DNA of 64,000 nt from Blepharisma stoltei ATCC 30299 (lineage: Eukaryota > Protista > Ciliophora). Position 1 is the stretch's first letter. Every line of letters starts with the position of its first letter. Under the pieces are notes generated by a model. It was not told the DNA's origin. It saw only the letters and a list, made by a program, of their open reading frames with translations, and made no database searches. The position numbers were made by a program, and so were the translations under genes. Shown piece by piece: positions 36,804 to 49,540 of this stretch. Location: positions 310,001 through 374,000 of the forward strand of contig CBFDEM010000040.1 in assembly GCA_965603825.1 (NCBI GenBank). The letters are read 5' to 3'.

Positions 36804-39800
36804 CTAGAACGTGAAATGCTTCTTGAAAAGTGCAATATCTTCAGCCAACAGATGCTTCATGCATGCTAATAGATATTCTTTATCATTCGTAATCAAATTG
36901 TTGAAGAAATCTAGCAAAAAGGTTTGCAAGGTAATTCCTCCATACCAATCTCCAAGCGAATACATGTCGTCTTCATTAATATCGTCATTGATGTCATCGT
37001 TATCTTCATAATCAAAATCAAGCATATCAGACATCAAACATTCAGAGCCTGTTTCATAATCTCCCAATCCTTTATCCTTACTTACTGGGATTTGGAAATC
37101 CCTTACATCATAATCTTCTTTTATTTCTTTTAGCAAGTCATTTTTCAATGATTCCATAGGATCTTCTCGCTCTCCACGGTCTTCTTGAACACTGTCTTTA
37201 TCATCTTCAATTGTATCCATCCTTTCTCCAGGCTCTTCATAATCACCTATAAATCCAAGCCCAGAGCCTTCCACTACTGTTTGAAACTCTTCATTTAGCC
37301 CGATTTCTTCTTGCTGTTTTCTTTTAGGCATAAATGCTTCATTGTCTAGGCATCGTATCAATGTGGATAAAATTTTGAACGGCGCTAATACTTCTGAACC
37401 TACATTGGAATGAGATGGGTTGTAACCAACAACAAGCAAACTTTCTACTGCTTGATCTTTTAATGTATAAATTCTTGCTAAAGCTGCAATTGTGGCATTT
37501 TTCGTATAACGGCCTCGGATTAATGGCTGGTGAATCAGCCATTTGTCAAGTAATACTTTTAATCCTACTCGCCTTTCAACTGTAAGGCTGGAGAGAAAGC
37601 CGAGGATTTCAGCACTATGGGAATGAATTAACCGAGCAAAAACCAGCACAAGTCCTTGTACAATTGATGGCATTTTGCAACGATGAAGCTTGTTCAGACA
37701 GCCAATTAATAAATCTTCATCAATTTTGGGTGAGATTTTGCTGAATACCTGGATAACTAAATATCCCAGTCCCAATGCCCCAGCTTCATTTTTAAGAGGA
37801 TTGAGCAAGCTTGCTACTGTTTCTATAATTTTTTCATCTAAACCTCTTTTTAATACTTCTTCAGCAGAAAACCCACAAAATGCCCTTAGACAATTAGTTC
37901 CTTGTAAAAGTATTGAAATGTCCTCTGTCCTGCCTAATAAGTCTAGTAAAGGTTCAATAATATCCATAATTTTCCTTCTTTCGCTGCTTTCTGCATTTGA
38001 TTTCTTCAAAAACAAAGTCATTAGCTCTAGAGAGCTAGGAAGAATAAGCAGTGATTCAACTTGAGAGCCCATCGTGCTGTTTGAGCTCATTGAGCCTGGC
38101 TTTTCTTTACTTGTAGCTGGATATAAAGTAAATAAGCTCATAACGAACGGTAAAAATACATCTAATAAAGATCCCATGCACTTGCCTAAATCACACCAGT
38201 ATCTTATTATAGCAAATATTTTTGATATTAAGCTGCTTTCTCCATAGTGCTTAGAAAACAATTTCAAGAAAATCCCAGATGCATATTGGGGAACTGTGCT
38301 GCTTATATCTGAATTTAAAGGCAGAACTTCTTGGAAAGTGTCTAAAACTAAGTGTAGAATATCAGGAGAGCATCTTTGGATAAGAGCAACTAAATTTACT
38401 AACAAGTTTGGCAAAATTTCATTGATTTCTGATATGCTTGATGCTGATTTTCGTGACAGTTTAAGTATTGCATAGCAGGCAGACAATCTCACAGCGATAG
38501 GCTCTTTTGCATTTAATGCATTGCAGCAAATCCTGAAAATGTTAACACAGTCTGGATGATTCGCATCCATAATGTCAGAAAGTTTGGCAGCACACCAAAG
38601 CGCTCTTCCTTTCAAAAAGGGATTTTTACTCTCATTCCCAGCAAGATCAGACAAAATCACTGATCCAAAAAAATTTGCAACTTCCAGAGGCTGCTTTCCT
38701 GCTTTTCTAGCTCTAGAATTATAACCGATGATATCTGTACTTATGCTTCCTAATAACAAAACTGCAGCTTCTTTAGCTTTCCATATGTGCTGACTTGAAA
38801 ATTTTTTTACTATTTCTTGCAAATGTTGATTAATCCCGTTACTAATATTTTGTATATCTTCATTGGAGGAGTATAATAAAGGAGCAGAGGATTCTTGTGA
38901 AATGCTACGGAGTATCGATTCCACAGCACTTACAATGCACTCAATAGAAGCATCCCCAAACAAATCAACTAAAGCGGAAATCAGCTTTAAGCAGGAAGTT
39001 CTAGACGATTTCAAATATTCTTCATTATCTTCTTCAGATATGAACTGATTCGGATCGTTGCTCCACAAATCTTCTTGCTCAGCCGTAAGAGGGAGATACC
39101 AAGCTAAAGTATTTACAAGTGCTTTAAGTTCTCCCACAACTTGAGGGCCGATTACTGGTCTTATGATAAGAGATGTGATCAGCTCTAAGAGTTGAATCGT
39201 GAGACCTTCAACTCCTTCAGTTTCATTCTCAAGCTCATCATTTATAAGAATTTCTTTAGAGTATACCACATTTGCTTGGTATAAGGGAACAAGTTGGTGT
39301 AATATTGTCCATGTTGGCTGAATTACTAGATAATACCAACTGAAAGAATAAGTAGTGAAATCTCTAAAAAAGGTAGTTAGCATTTTAAGGCTTAATCTTT
39401 TCATTTCAATTGTTGAGTCCTCAGATCCGAGGATTTCAAGTAAGAGATAAAATCAATTAGACCAGGATGAGTCCAATGAAGACGAAATAAGTTCTTGATC
39501 AACGCCATCAGCCCAGGATAAGCTTTCTAAACACTTGGAAGCTACACTTAAGCATTTTTCTTTTGTTTGAGCGCTGTTATGTGCTACTGCCTGATTAAAA
39601 AATTTGTAAAGAGCCGGGAATATCAGATGTGTGGCTCGAGATAATCTATCATCACACTCATCAAAAATAATGCCTAAAGCGGGTAAAATTGAATTAATTG
39701 TTACAAGATCATTACCTTCTGCAAGCTGTAATAAATTGTCAAAACATAGTGGCCATTGATCTGGGAAGTCTCTTAGAACAATTCCAGAGAGTGCCAAAAC

Positions 39801-40142
39801 CTATTTATTGTTTACTGCTAAATTTTTCAATTTAGGATCATCAATTTTGATACATTGCATTAAAACTTGTCTCGTTTCTCTCATATCTTGTGGCGATATG
39901 TGGGAAGATTCGCTCCAATAATCAGATATGAAATTTTTCAAAAGAATGCCTGAAAATTGTCTAATAAAAAATTTCATTGATTCCGGGATTTGAGGTGGGA
40001 GTTGTATCGAGCCATGCAAAATTTTTGAAAGTGTTGCAGAATATCCAGCCTGAACTTCTCATTCTTTTAAAACAGAAGAACCTTGAGATAAACATTGAGG
40101 ATTTATAATGCAGCTGTATAAGACTTCAATGAGCTTATCCAT
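36804..40142 (-). CDS. IPO9: Importin-9 (intron 39801-39815)
   Basis: IBN_N RQFSGILLKNFISDYW; DFPDQWP; WSNDPNQFISEE; PFLKGRALWCAAK; acidic C-terminal loop. Confidence 0.88.
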
Positions 40143-40561
40143 AATGAAAATTTATATAGTTAAATGAGAGGAAACATTTTTGGCAGTTATATATTCTCAC
40201 AAGGATGCAGAAGAGTTTAATAAAGAAAGTGATTTAAACATGCTTTAGCTAAACATTTCATTCGATGAATCTTATTTATATTGATAAATCTTGGCAATCT
40301 GACAGTTAGAAATTTTATAGTCAGTTTTAGCAATTATTCAGTCTCTATAAAATTTTAATGACCTTTAGCAATTGCTCTAGATATTTAAGGAAATTCATCA
40401 GCTATAGCGATATATCATTATTTTTCTTGAAAAATAGTCTTTTTTGATAAGTACATAAAATAACAAAAATCCCAAATAAATTCTTCATGACACACTTCTA
40501 GACTAAACTTATCTTCAATAAGTTCATATAAAATAAAGATTTAAATTAGTGTAATTTGAAT

Positions 40562-41803
40562 ATGGAAGAATATCCCTTAAGCATTGCAGACAGAATCTGT
40601 GGAGAACTTGAAGAAAAAAACAGAGTTTTAAACGAATACGTGAAAGATCGTGAAGACATAGGAGACAAAGAAGGTGTCATCCAAGTTCGCATACACCAAA
40701 TGGCTTTATGCAAGGTTTTAGTCAATGTCCATAACCGAAGTCCTCTCATTCTAGTTCAAGCCCATACAAATTTAGGAGAAAGCTACTTGAACAATGAGTA
40801 TTACGAGCAAGCTTTGGAGCACTTAACTACAGCTTTAAAGCTGAACAGCTCCTTATTTAATCAATATGAAGACACAAAGCCTTATCATCCTCACATTTTA
40901 ACTCTTCTCGGCAAGTGCTATTTGGGTGCTGGAGGGATTGACGATTCTTTGAATTTACTTGAAAAAGCCCTGAAGATGAATCAGTCATTGCTAGGCAATG
41001 ACCATATTAGTAACTCCCCAGTCCTTTCAGCACTTGCGCAGGTACAGTTAAAGAAAAAAGAGTATACGAAAGCTTTGGATTGCTTGACAACCGTATGGGA
41101 GCTTCACGAGAAAACATTTGGAATGAAGCATGAGTCTTTGGTAGGTATATATACTGAAATGGCTAAAGTTCACCATAAACAAAACGATCTCCCAAATGCA
41201 ATTGATTGCCAAAAGCGAGCACTAAATCTTATGAGTGAACTTGATATTAACACTGATGCTACCGCTGACATAGCAGTTACTCTTGCTCAGTGGCTTCAAG
41301 ATTCAAATAATTTCCCTGAGGCCCTAGATGCTTTAAGAAACGCTGAACATGTTTATGAATATAATCATGGTATGATCGACAAATCCACTGCAAAGGTCAA
41401 GCGAAGCATTTGCATGCTCCTCCTAAAAGCTAGCGAGTATGAGGAAGCCTTAGAGGAATGTTTAGAACTTGAAGAAATTGATCGATCTTTATTTGGGGAA
41501 AAAAGTCAGCAGTATGGTAAAAATCTTAAAGTAATCGGAACAATTTATATGATTCTAAACAGATACTCTGAAGCCCATGATTACTTCAGCAATTCTTTGG
41601 AAATTTTTTCTAAACTGAAAAACTCGAAGAAGACGGTAAAAGAAATCAAAGAAAAGCTTCAGCAAATTGATGCAGCATTAAAGGAAAACCCAGAACTTTA
41701 CAATAATAGATCGAAGAAAGTTGATAAGCTGCCAAAAATGCAGCACGAAGAGGATGAGAGAGCTGATAGTGGATCAAAAAGCGATGAAAATAATAGCATA
41801 TAA
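40562..41803 (+). CDS. TPR-repeat protein (TTC23-like)
   Basis: Tandem TPR helices; LVQAHTNLGESYL...QALEH. Confidence 0.8.
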   Translation: MEEYPLSIADRICGELEEKNRVLNEYVKDREDIGDKEGVIQVRIHQMALCKVLVNVHNRSPLILVQAHTNLGESYLNNEYYEQALEHLTTALKLNSSLFNQYEDTKPYHPHILTLLGKCYLGAGGIDDSLNLLEKALKMNQSLLGNDHISNSPVLSALAQVQLKKKEYTKALDCLTTVWELHEKTFGMKHESLVGIYTEMAKVHHKQNDLPNAIDCQKRALNLMSELDINTDATADIAVTLAQWLQDSNNFPEALDALRNAEHVYEYNHGMIDKSTAKVKRSICMLLLKASEYEEALEECLELEEIDRSLFGEKSQQYGKNLKVIGTIYMILNRYSEAHDYFSNSLEIFSKLKNSKKTVKEIKEKLQQIDAALKENPELYNNRSKKVDKLPKMQHEEDERADSGSKSDENNSI

Positions 41804-42088
41804 CCAGCCTATTTATAATTATTGGTGCTTTCTTTGTTTTTAGTCTATAAATTTTCTGTTGTGTGTTTGACCTAAAAGTAAAGCTTTATTAGTTCAATCT
41901 ATTTATATCGCTCATTAGTTTCTAATAATAAGCATCTCAATGCTTGCATAAAGTAAATAATTTCTCAAAGATTTGAACAAAATCCTTTGATTAGTGTAAT
42001 AATATCCGAACTACTATTTAGCTATTCCTGAGGCTATTCCCATAAATGACTAAATATAAATGCGACCCTGATAAACTTATCCATTAAA

Positions 42089-42598
42089 ATGGTGACACTT
42101 AGACTTCAGAAGCGCTTGGCAGCTAGTGTTCTTAAGTGTGGAAAACGCCGTGTATGGATGGATCCTAATGAAATTCAAGAAATTTCCTTGGCAAATTCTC
42201 GTCAAAACATTCGCAAACTGGTAAAGGATGGATTCATTGTAAAGACCCCTCAAGCCATTCACTCACGAGTCCGTGCAAACCTTTTCAAAGAGTCTGTAAA
42301 GAAAGGAAGACACACAGGTCTTGGAAAGAGAAAAGGTACAGCTGAAGCTAGAATGCCAGAAAAAATCATGTGGATGCGCAGACAAAGAGTTCTCAGAAGA
42401 CTTCTCCGTAAGTACAGAGCAAGCACAAAAATTGATAAAACTTTATATCACGATTTTTATGTGGGAGCTAAAGGGAATATGTACAAGAACAAGAGAGTGC
42501 TTATGGACTCTATCTTTAAGGCCAAAGCTAACGCAATTCGTGAGAAGAATCTTAAAGAGCAGCAGGAAGCTCGAAGACAAAAGCGTACTAAAGCATAA
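42089..42598 (+). CDS. RPL19: 60S ribosomal protein L19 (eL19)
   Basis: [25 protein letters not shown]...[12 protein letters not shown]. Confidence 0.98.
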   Translation: MVTLRLQKRLAASVLKCGKRRVWMDPNEIQEISLANSRQNIRKLVKDGFIVKTPQAIHSRVRANLFKESVKKGRHTGLGKRKGTAEARMPEKIMWMRRQRVLRRLLRKYRASTKIDKTLYHDFYVGAKGNMYKNKRVLMDSIFKAKANAIREKNLKEQQEARRQKRTKA

Positions 42599-42636
42599 TT
42601 TAAGATTCTTAAATCCATATTCATATAATTTAAAAA

Positions 42637-43314
42637 ATGCAAGTTGACAAAAATAAGAGCTTCCGACCCAAGAAACGCATTGAAAAAGGTCAACGTGGGT
42701 ATGGGCTCAAGCAAATCGCGAAGATGACTCTTGGTTCTGGAAACCTTGATCTCGCAGTCGAAGTTCCTGTCGGGGAGGATCTGAATGAATGGTTTGCAGT
42801 AAATACAATTGAATTTTACAATGAAATTAACCTCATTTATGGCGCCTTGACTGAGTTCTGCACCCCTGAGTCTTGTCCAGTTATGTCAGCCGGGCCTAAA
42901 TATGAGTACTTGTGGGCTGACGGACAAAATGTGAAGACGCCTCTAAAAGTTTCTGCTAGTGAATATATTGATTTTCTGATGACTTGGGTTGAAAGTCAGC
43001 TCAACAACGAGCATCTGTTTCCAACTCAGCTCGGAGTGCCTTTCCCGAAAAACTTTGCATCAACAATTAAAGTGATTTTCAAGCGTCTCTTTAGAGTTTA
43101 CGCTCATATTTATCATACTCATTTCCAGCATATCATGACTCTTGGAATGGAGTATCATTTAAACACCTGTTTTAAGCATTTTATTTTCTTCATTGATAGA
43201 TTTAAGCTTGTAGACCAAAAAGAACTTGCCCCGCTTGCAGAGCTCATACAACAGTTCAGAGAAAGAGGCAGAGAAAGGATGGAAAGAGAAGCTCTGGGTG
43301 CCCAAAGGCATTAA
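42637..43314 (+). CDS. MOB1: MOB kinase activator 1
   Basis: TLGSGNL..GEDLNEWFAVN..CPVMSAGPKYEYLW..FKRLFRVYAHIY..HLNTCFKHF. Confidence 0.97.
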   Translation: MQVDKNKSFRPKKRIEKGQRGYGLKQIAKMTLGSGNLDLAVEVPVGEDLNEWFAVNTIEFYNEINLIYGALTEFCTPESCPVMSAGPKYEYLWADGQNVKTPLKVSASEYIDFLMTWVESQLNNEHLFPTQLGVPFPKNFASTIKVIFKRLFRVYAHIYHTHFQHIMTLGMEYHLNTCFKHFIFFIDRFKLVDQKELAPLAELIQQFRERGRERMEREALGAQRH

Positions 43315-43341
43315 TAAATAGATAATATTGATAACTTAGAT

Positions 43342-44325
43342 ATGGAAGAGGATAGAGTCATCAATCACCTACATACAATTGCAGACAGCGGAGACATTCT
43401 TGCCGTAAAATGAAACCCTGATGATTCTCATTTAGCAACTGCTTGTGCTGATGGGACTGTCAAAATTTATGCAAGTTCAAGTGGAAATTTCATTAGGACT
43501 TTGAACTGTCGACTAACTGCAGATCCAATGCCAGTTACAGCACTGCAATGGAGACCACCTACTTCTCAGACCAAAACAAAAAATGTCCTAGTTGCGACCA
43601 CAGCTGATGGAGGAGTCCTCCATTGGCACGCCACTTCTGGGAAAATTCTGCATACGATCAGATTTGATCAAGAAAATCAAGTATTCTGCGTGGATTATGA
43701 CCTTGAAGGCAAATATTTTGCAGTTGGCAGCAAAGATATGAGTGTAAGAGTTTATGATGAGTCTACTAAAACTATTATTGCCGAAATGCAGCCTGGATGG
43801 GGAGATGTGATTGGGCATGGAAATAGGATTTTTTCAGTTAAGTGGAGAGATGAAAACACTATTATTAGCGCGGGATGGGATAATAATATCATTATTTGGG
43901 ATGTCAGAGCACAGCGAGCTGTCCGAGCAATATTTGGGCCTCATATATGTGGCGATTCCATGGATATATGTGAAAATAAACTTCTAACTGGAAGTTACAA
44001 TATAAAAGATCAGCTTCAGCTATGAGATTTAAACACTGGCCACAATATTTTTACTCAAACTGTAGTTTCCAATAGTAGACCATGTCTAATTTATACAGCG
44101 CAATTCAGTAAATCAGATATGGGAACGATTATTGCAGCAGGTGGATCTGGAAGCGATGAAGCTTATTTTTATGACTCTGAAACACTGAGACCTTTTGGAA
44201 TTTTATCAAATCTGACTCATGCTGTTTATTCCATAGACTTTGCTCACACATCTAATAAGTTGGCGGTTGCAAGCGGGGATGGCTCAATTAGGGTATTCGA
44301 GATTGCTAAAAATAGACAGGATTAA
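43342..44325 (+). CDS. WD40-repeat protein
   Basis: One frame through two TGA at WD positions (VKWNP, QLWD); GH...WD repeats. Confidence 0.9.
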
Positions 44326-44445
44326 CTATAGCAGATCTTAAATTATTAAATTAAAATAATTCATATAAGCAATGAATAAAACAGTGATATTACCCGTTTT
44401 ATTTTAATTTTTGAAACTATTAACTATTGTTAAAAAAATATACAT

Positions 44446-45006
44446 TTATTCGGTATTGTGTGAATACTTGGCTTTTGGTCAGAATCTTTCTTCATCTTCT
44501 GTGGTGTAAGACTTTATTGAATCTGGCCTAGAGCCGAAATTGCTTAGAGGTTCGGAAATAATGTTTTTTTGTTTTAATTTTGGAAGAAGTTTGAGCTTTA
44601 GGAAGCTCACTGATCTGCTTTTAGATTTATCAATCCTCTGAACTATCATTGGCAGAGTAATGCTTTTGTTAGGATTTATATCAGGAAAATTTAAAATGTT
44701 TTTTATCGTGCTTCGTTTAGATATTTTCTGAGGAATATTGAGAATTAAAAAAGAAGTCGAGCTCAAAGTTCTTCTATTCATTTTTAGACTTGCCAAATAA
44801 TCAATGCATTGATCTGAGTCTAGTTCAAAATTTTCTTTATGGAGCAGTTCTGAATCGCTTATTCTGCGCTGATTTTTTCCTTTATTTTTCCAAGCTGCCT
44901 TGATTTTGGTGTTATCAAAGTGGCCAGCTTTGAGTCATTTATTTTTAATCCCGTTGACTAAATCATACGCAGGAACAAGGTTTTGATGTTTATCAGCTTT
45001 TATCAT
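44446..45006 (-). CDS. Hypothetical basic protein
   Basis: Open from ATG at 45006 through two TGA to TAA at 44446-44448; no motif; true start uncertain. Confidence 0.5.
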
Positions 45007-45113
45007 TAACTCTTGATGCAATTTATGTCATTTTTTCTTTTAATGTCAAAATTCAGATATATGGATTATTATTTATAATATAAAGATATTTCTGTAAAGT
45101 ATAAATATAAGAC

Positions 45114-46685
45114 TTATTGGCTTGTCTTTTTCATTTTTTGTAGCGTTAGCATAAACAAGTGAGCCCTGCTTGGAATATCTAGATAGTCATCAGTTTTCCA
45201 TGGTTCCGTCTGCTGATAATAATTCAATTTCCCTGGCAGCAGTGGCATAGTCCCTTCAATTTGTGCTGCAGTTTTCACCATATTTTCAAGTTTCCCTTCA
45301 TAAGCTTCTTTTTTAGCTAGCAAAGCCCTTGTTCTTGGGTGTTGAGGATTAGGAAAGAGACTTTTAACTACACTCGATGTTGAATAATATTTCGCACTCA
45401 TCTTTGACCTTGCTTTTCCAGCTACGCTTAGTGCATCAATTCCTGATTCTAAAAAGCTAATTCTGCTATAAAAGCATTCTGGGTCAAACAATTTTGTTAT
45501 CACAAATTGGATTTTTTCACAGGCAATTTTCTTCTGAGCTGGGACAGCAAAAAATTGTTTATAGGAATTTACAAAAATATTTTCAACAATCATCCTCATA
45601 ATTAAGATGAAGACAGCTAAATACAATTGTTTTCTACTTTTAGATTTTAACTCAAGATCATGGAACAAGTGCAAGATCGTAATAAACATCTGTTGCCTTT
45701 GCTCGTCATTAATTCCAATACTGTGAAGATGACTGAAAACAGTCCAGTAACAAAAATGAGAAACCAAGCCTATCAGTCTTGCATTATTTTCTGACTCAAC
45801 ATTAGCCAGTGCTGATTTTAATAATTCTCCTCTTTCTCCAGCTTGCACCTGAATCGGCAATGACCCAAGTGGGAAATTTTTCAAGACATATTTTATGTCT
45901 TTTTCAACATCTTCAGCTGAAATTTCAATTGGCTGCATCATTTCTTTTATGTGTGCTGTAGCAACAGTAATAGATTCAAATGGAAATTTAAAGACTTTTG
46001 AGTCTAGCAAGTCTTCACTTGACTGGTTTAAGAGCTTAGCTCTCTCAATCATATCTTTGCTTTGTTCACGAAGCAAGGCGAAGTTCGAATATTTTGAAGT
46101 GAATTCTTGCTTTGAAGAAACAGCCATAAAGGGATATAAATAATTTTGCTTGATGTTGTGTATATTCAGATCAATCTGAATTTTTTCATCAGCTTCTGTC
46201 TCAGTTCCCATATGTGGATCAGCGTTTCTGAAGTGCTCTAAAGTAAGCCCCAATTCTTCTTTTGGCAGCTCCTTAACAGTTGGCTGGCTTTCTAATCGTG
46301 AAGCAAGGTTATTTGAGACAGTTTTTGGCTGTTCTACTTGTTTACATCTTGGGTATATATCAATGACATCTGCAAGCCATCCTGATGTTTGTCTTCATCT
46401 TGCTTTAATTTCACAGTTGTCAAGTGGCATGTCTTCTAGTAGTTTTTCAATATGTTTTCTTGTAGGATCGACTCCTATGCTTTCTAAATATCTTACAGCG
46501 TATTCTCTTTCAATTACTTTCAAAAAATTTTCTGTTAATTCAACAGGTTCAGATCCTCCCTTCAGTGGGATTGATATAACAATTGGCTTTACGGTTGACT
46601 TGTTTTCCTCTCCATCTTTCTTACGGAAAACTCGTGGGAGCTTGTCCCCAGCAGTTTTTTTCCATTCATCGTAAAGCCGACTCAT
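45114..46685 (-). CDS. Hypothetical helical protein
   Basis: ORFs at 46685 and 46253 in one frame across TGA at 46395. Confidence 0.75.
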
Positions 46686-46714
46686 ATTATTTCAAATTTT
46701 TTGCATTAAGCTAC

Positions 46715-49240
46715 TTAAAAGCTAAAATTAAGTTGAGTGATGTCGTCTGGGTGAACCCCAACGATTTCCGCAGAACACACATTTCCGGTCCCATCAAATT
46801 GTTGGTTGTCCATAACACTTACGCCGTTCACAGTAACTGCTGAAATTTGGCTTTGGCAACCATAAATGACAACATTGGAAACTCCTGGATACTCACCTGC
46901 TGCTTTAGTGTATTTATGATTGCTTGACGTAAATGAAAGGATCCCTTGCTTGCTTGAAACTTGCTTGTACATGTAAGTCATCAGCGTGTAGTTTCCTGAA
47001 GAAATGGTATTTACTGATAGCCCATCATCAAGAGCTAAGCCTCCAGAAGCAACCCCTTCAGCGTCAAGGGCAACTACTAGGGTAATTGTGGAGTAGCGAA
47101 GCTCTTGGATGGTCATAGCTGTAGGATGATCGTCAGCTCGAGGAATAATATACCCACCTCGCATGTGGATGTTAACAAGACCTCTTAATGGAGCGTTGAG
47201 AACTATTGTGCGGTTGTACGGTAAAGAAATTGGAAGGCCATTATACCAGTTGTACCATAAATCGCTTGGGAAGTAGGCAGTTACATTAGTTGCGCCTTGA
47301 GTTAAAACAGGATGGACTATTAATGCAGAACCTACCATGAAGTTGTCAGAAGAGTGGACATCTTGCAGATTTGCATCTCCTGGGTACTCAAAAAAGGCTG
47401 GCTTGAACACTACTCCTCCATTCAAGCTGACACTGAACATAAGATAATAGTAATAATTTATCAGTGAATACCTCACTCTGATTGCCCATGTAGCAGTTTC
47501 CAATAGAGTAGGACCCATCATCCAAGGTTCTTGAGAAATGGCCTCTTTGGTGTTATGTTGCCTAGCAAATGGATAAAGAGTACCTAACTGGAACCACCTC
47601 GAGCACAGTTCAGGTGTAGTATCATCGTTAAATCCGCAAATATCAGCACCTATAAGGGGTATTCCAAACATATTAAAATTGAAAACCCCAGGAATTGAAT
47701 ATGCCATCCAATTAAACTGAGAAAAATTATCTCCAAGCCACTTAGATGCAGACCTACCAAGTCCTGCAAAAGAACTTCTAGTTATCACAAATGGTCTAGT
47801 ATTCAAGACATCTGTAAAGAAACTTGCAGAATTAATAGCCATATGCATCCCATATAAGGAATGAACATTATATTCTATTAAGCCTCCATAATGGGTGCCT
47901 GCCAAATCAATTGTCTTAGTATTAAGATCAGTTTGGCCAGGGGTGTAAGGAAGATTGTTATAGTGCTCTGGGTAGCCACATTCTCCGTTACAGAAATTAC
48001 TGGGCTCGTTCATATCGCACCAAAAGCCATCAAATTCCATTACCTGTCGAAGCTGAGACATCATGGAATGCCAATAGCCTGTAGCATTTGGGTGGAACCA
48101 GTCAATATAAACAGCGTTTCCAGGCCAAACCTGTCCAACTAAAGCTCCAGGATGGTTTGCACTTCCTATATAAACGTTTTGAGTTAGCCCAGTGTTATAA
48201 GCAAAATAATTAGTCTGTGCTATAGCAGCATCTGTAATAGGAACAAATCTTCTGCCAGCCTCATGCAAAGTGTCTATAAAGTCTTGGAACTCATCATAAG
48301 GGTATCTGGTAGGATCTAATGTAAAATCTTGATAGCCAATCATATAATCTATATCAGTCCACATAATGTCTATAGGAATGTTATTGCTAATATAGCCATT
48401 ATAAGCCCATTGAAGCGCTGTTAAGTTGTTATAACCCCATCTGCAATGGTTCCAGCCTAAGCCCCAATAAGGTATCAACACAGGATTTCCGACAAGTTGG
48501 TGATATTGAGTTATCACGTCTTCAGGGTCAGGACCTACAAATACAAAGAAATCGATAACCCCGCCAACAGTTCGGAACTTAATGCTTGTGCTTGTGATGA
48601 AAACATCCATAGCATTAGAATTCAAGAAAAATCCTCCATGAGAGTTTCCTTCAGAGTCGAGTGCTAAATAGAAGGGCTGGTTGCTGTACATGTTACTCCC
48701 TGGAGGTTGGCCATCATCATAAGGTCCTGCAGCATCTCTAGAAAAAATGGTATAAACTCCAGGCAAAATTGGGAAATTAGTGACTCTTTCTCCAATTCCA
48801 TAGAAATTGGTTGCGTAATTCAAGTTGTTTAAGAGAATAATATCTTGATTATTATACTGGAAAACTTGGGTAGGATCCAAGTTAAATATCACTTGCCCAT
48901 TTGAATTCCTTGTTATGGTAAGTCCAAAAGGACTGGAATTAACTTTAACCGTGTATTGAGCTTGCTTAATAGTTACAGGAGCGCTTGGAGGAATTACAAT
49001 GTCAGGAACTTCCCACCTCGCGGTGGTAGAATCAGTTAACTTAAATCTTATTCTTTGTGGTGTTTCAAAAGTCACATTTAGCAAAAGATTAGCAACGACA
49101 GGCTGAGCTGGATTTCCAGGGTAATTCACTGTTGCGGTCAATCCATTGTTTGACCATTGGATATTGGATGCGACATAAGAGTTTTGCGACAGGACACCAA
49201 GCAAACATAAGGAGAATATAATCAATATTTTGGTGACCAT
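46715..49240 (-). CDS. GH31 alpha-glucosidase (lysosomal/secreted type)
   Basis: Signal peptide; WTDIDYM, catalytic WCDMNEPS, WLGDN, GADICGF. Confidence 0.96.
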   Translation of the reverse strand: MVTKILIIFSLCLLGVLSQNSYVASNIQWSNNGLTATVNYPGNPAQPVVANLLLNVTFETPQRIRFKLTDSTTARWEVPDIVIPPSAPVTIKQAQYTVKVNSSPFGLTITRNSNGQVIFNLDPTQVFQYNNQDIILLNNLNYATNFYGIGERVTNFPILPGVYTIFSRDAAGPYDDGQPPGSNMYSNQPFYLALDSEGNSHGGFFLNSNAMDVFITSTSIKFRTVGGVIDFFVFVGPDPEDVITQYHQLVGNPVLIPYWGLGWNHCRWGYNNLTALQWAYNGYISNNIPIDIMWTDIDYMIGYQDFTLDPTRYPYDEFQDFIDTLHEAGRRFVPITDAAIAQTNYFAYNTGLTQNVYIGSANHPGALVGQVWPGNAVYIDWFHPNATGYWHSMMSQLRQVMEFDGFWCDMNEPSNFCNGECGYPEHYNNLPYTPGQTDLNTKTIDLAGTHYGGLIEYNVHSLYGMHMAINSASFFTDVLNTRPFVITRSSFAGLGRSASKWLGDNFSQFNWMAYSIPGVFNFNMFGIPLIGADICGFNDDTTPELCSRWFQLGTLYPFARQHNTKEAISQEPWMMGPTLLETATWAIRVRYSLINYYYYLMFSVSLNGGVVFKPAFFEYPGDANLQDVHSSDNFMVGSALIVHPVLTQGATNVTAYFPSDLWYNWYNGLPISLPYNRTIVLNAPLRGLVNIHMRGGYIIPRADDHPTAMTIQELRYSTITLVVALDAEGVASGGLALDDGLSVNTISSGNYTLMTYMYKQVSSKQGILSFTSSNHKYTKAAGEYPGVSNVVIYGCQSQISAVTVNGVSVMDNQQFDGTGNVCSAEIVGVHPDDITQLNFSF

Positions 49241-49540
49241 GTTTATATATGCACCATTATAAAAATTAAGTAGGCTCAGGGATTATTTATAAATGCATAG
49301 CTATAATAGAAACTTTTTAAGTTTTTAGGCTTCATTGTTAGTGAAAATAATAGAAACAGATTTAAAAATTTAATAAAATTACGACAATGGCTTAAAATAG
49401 ATTTTATATCAAAGTTTAATAAATTTTGCTAAAGAGGAGCAACCTAATAAGAATATAAGTATTGTGCGTCAATTAGATTAATATAACTGAAACTATAACT
49501 ATATTGCTGTACAATTAATTTTGCTTTATTATATATGATA

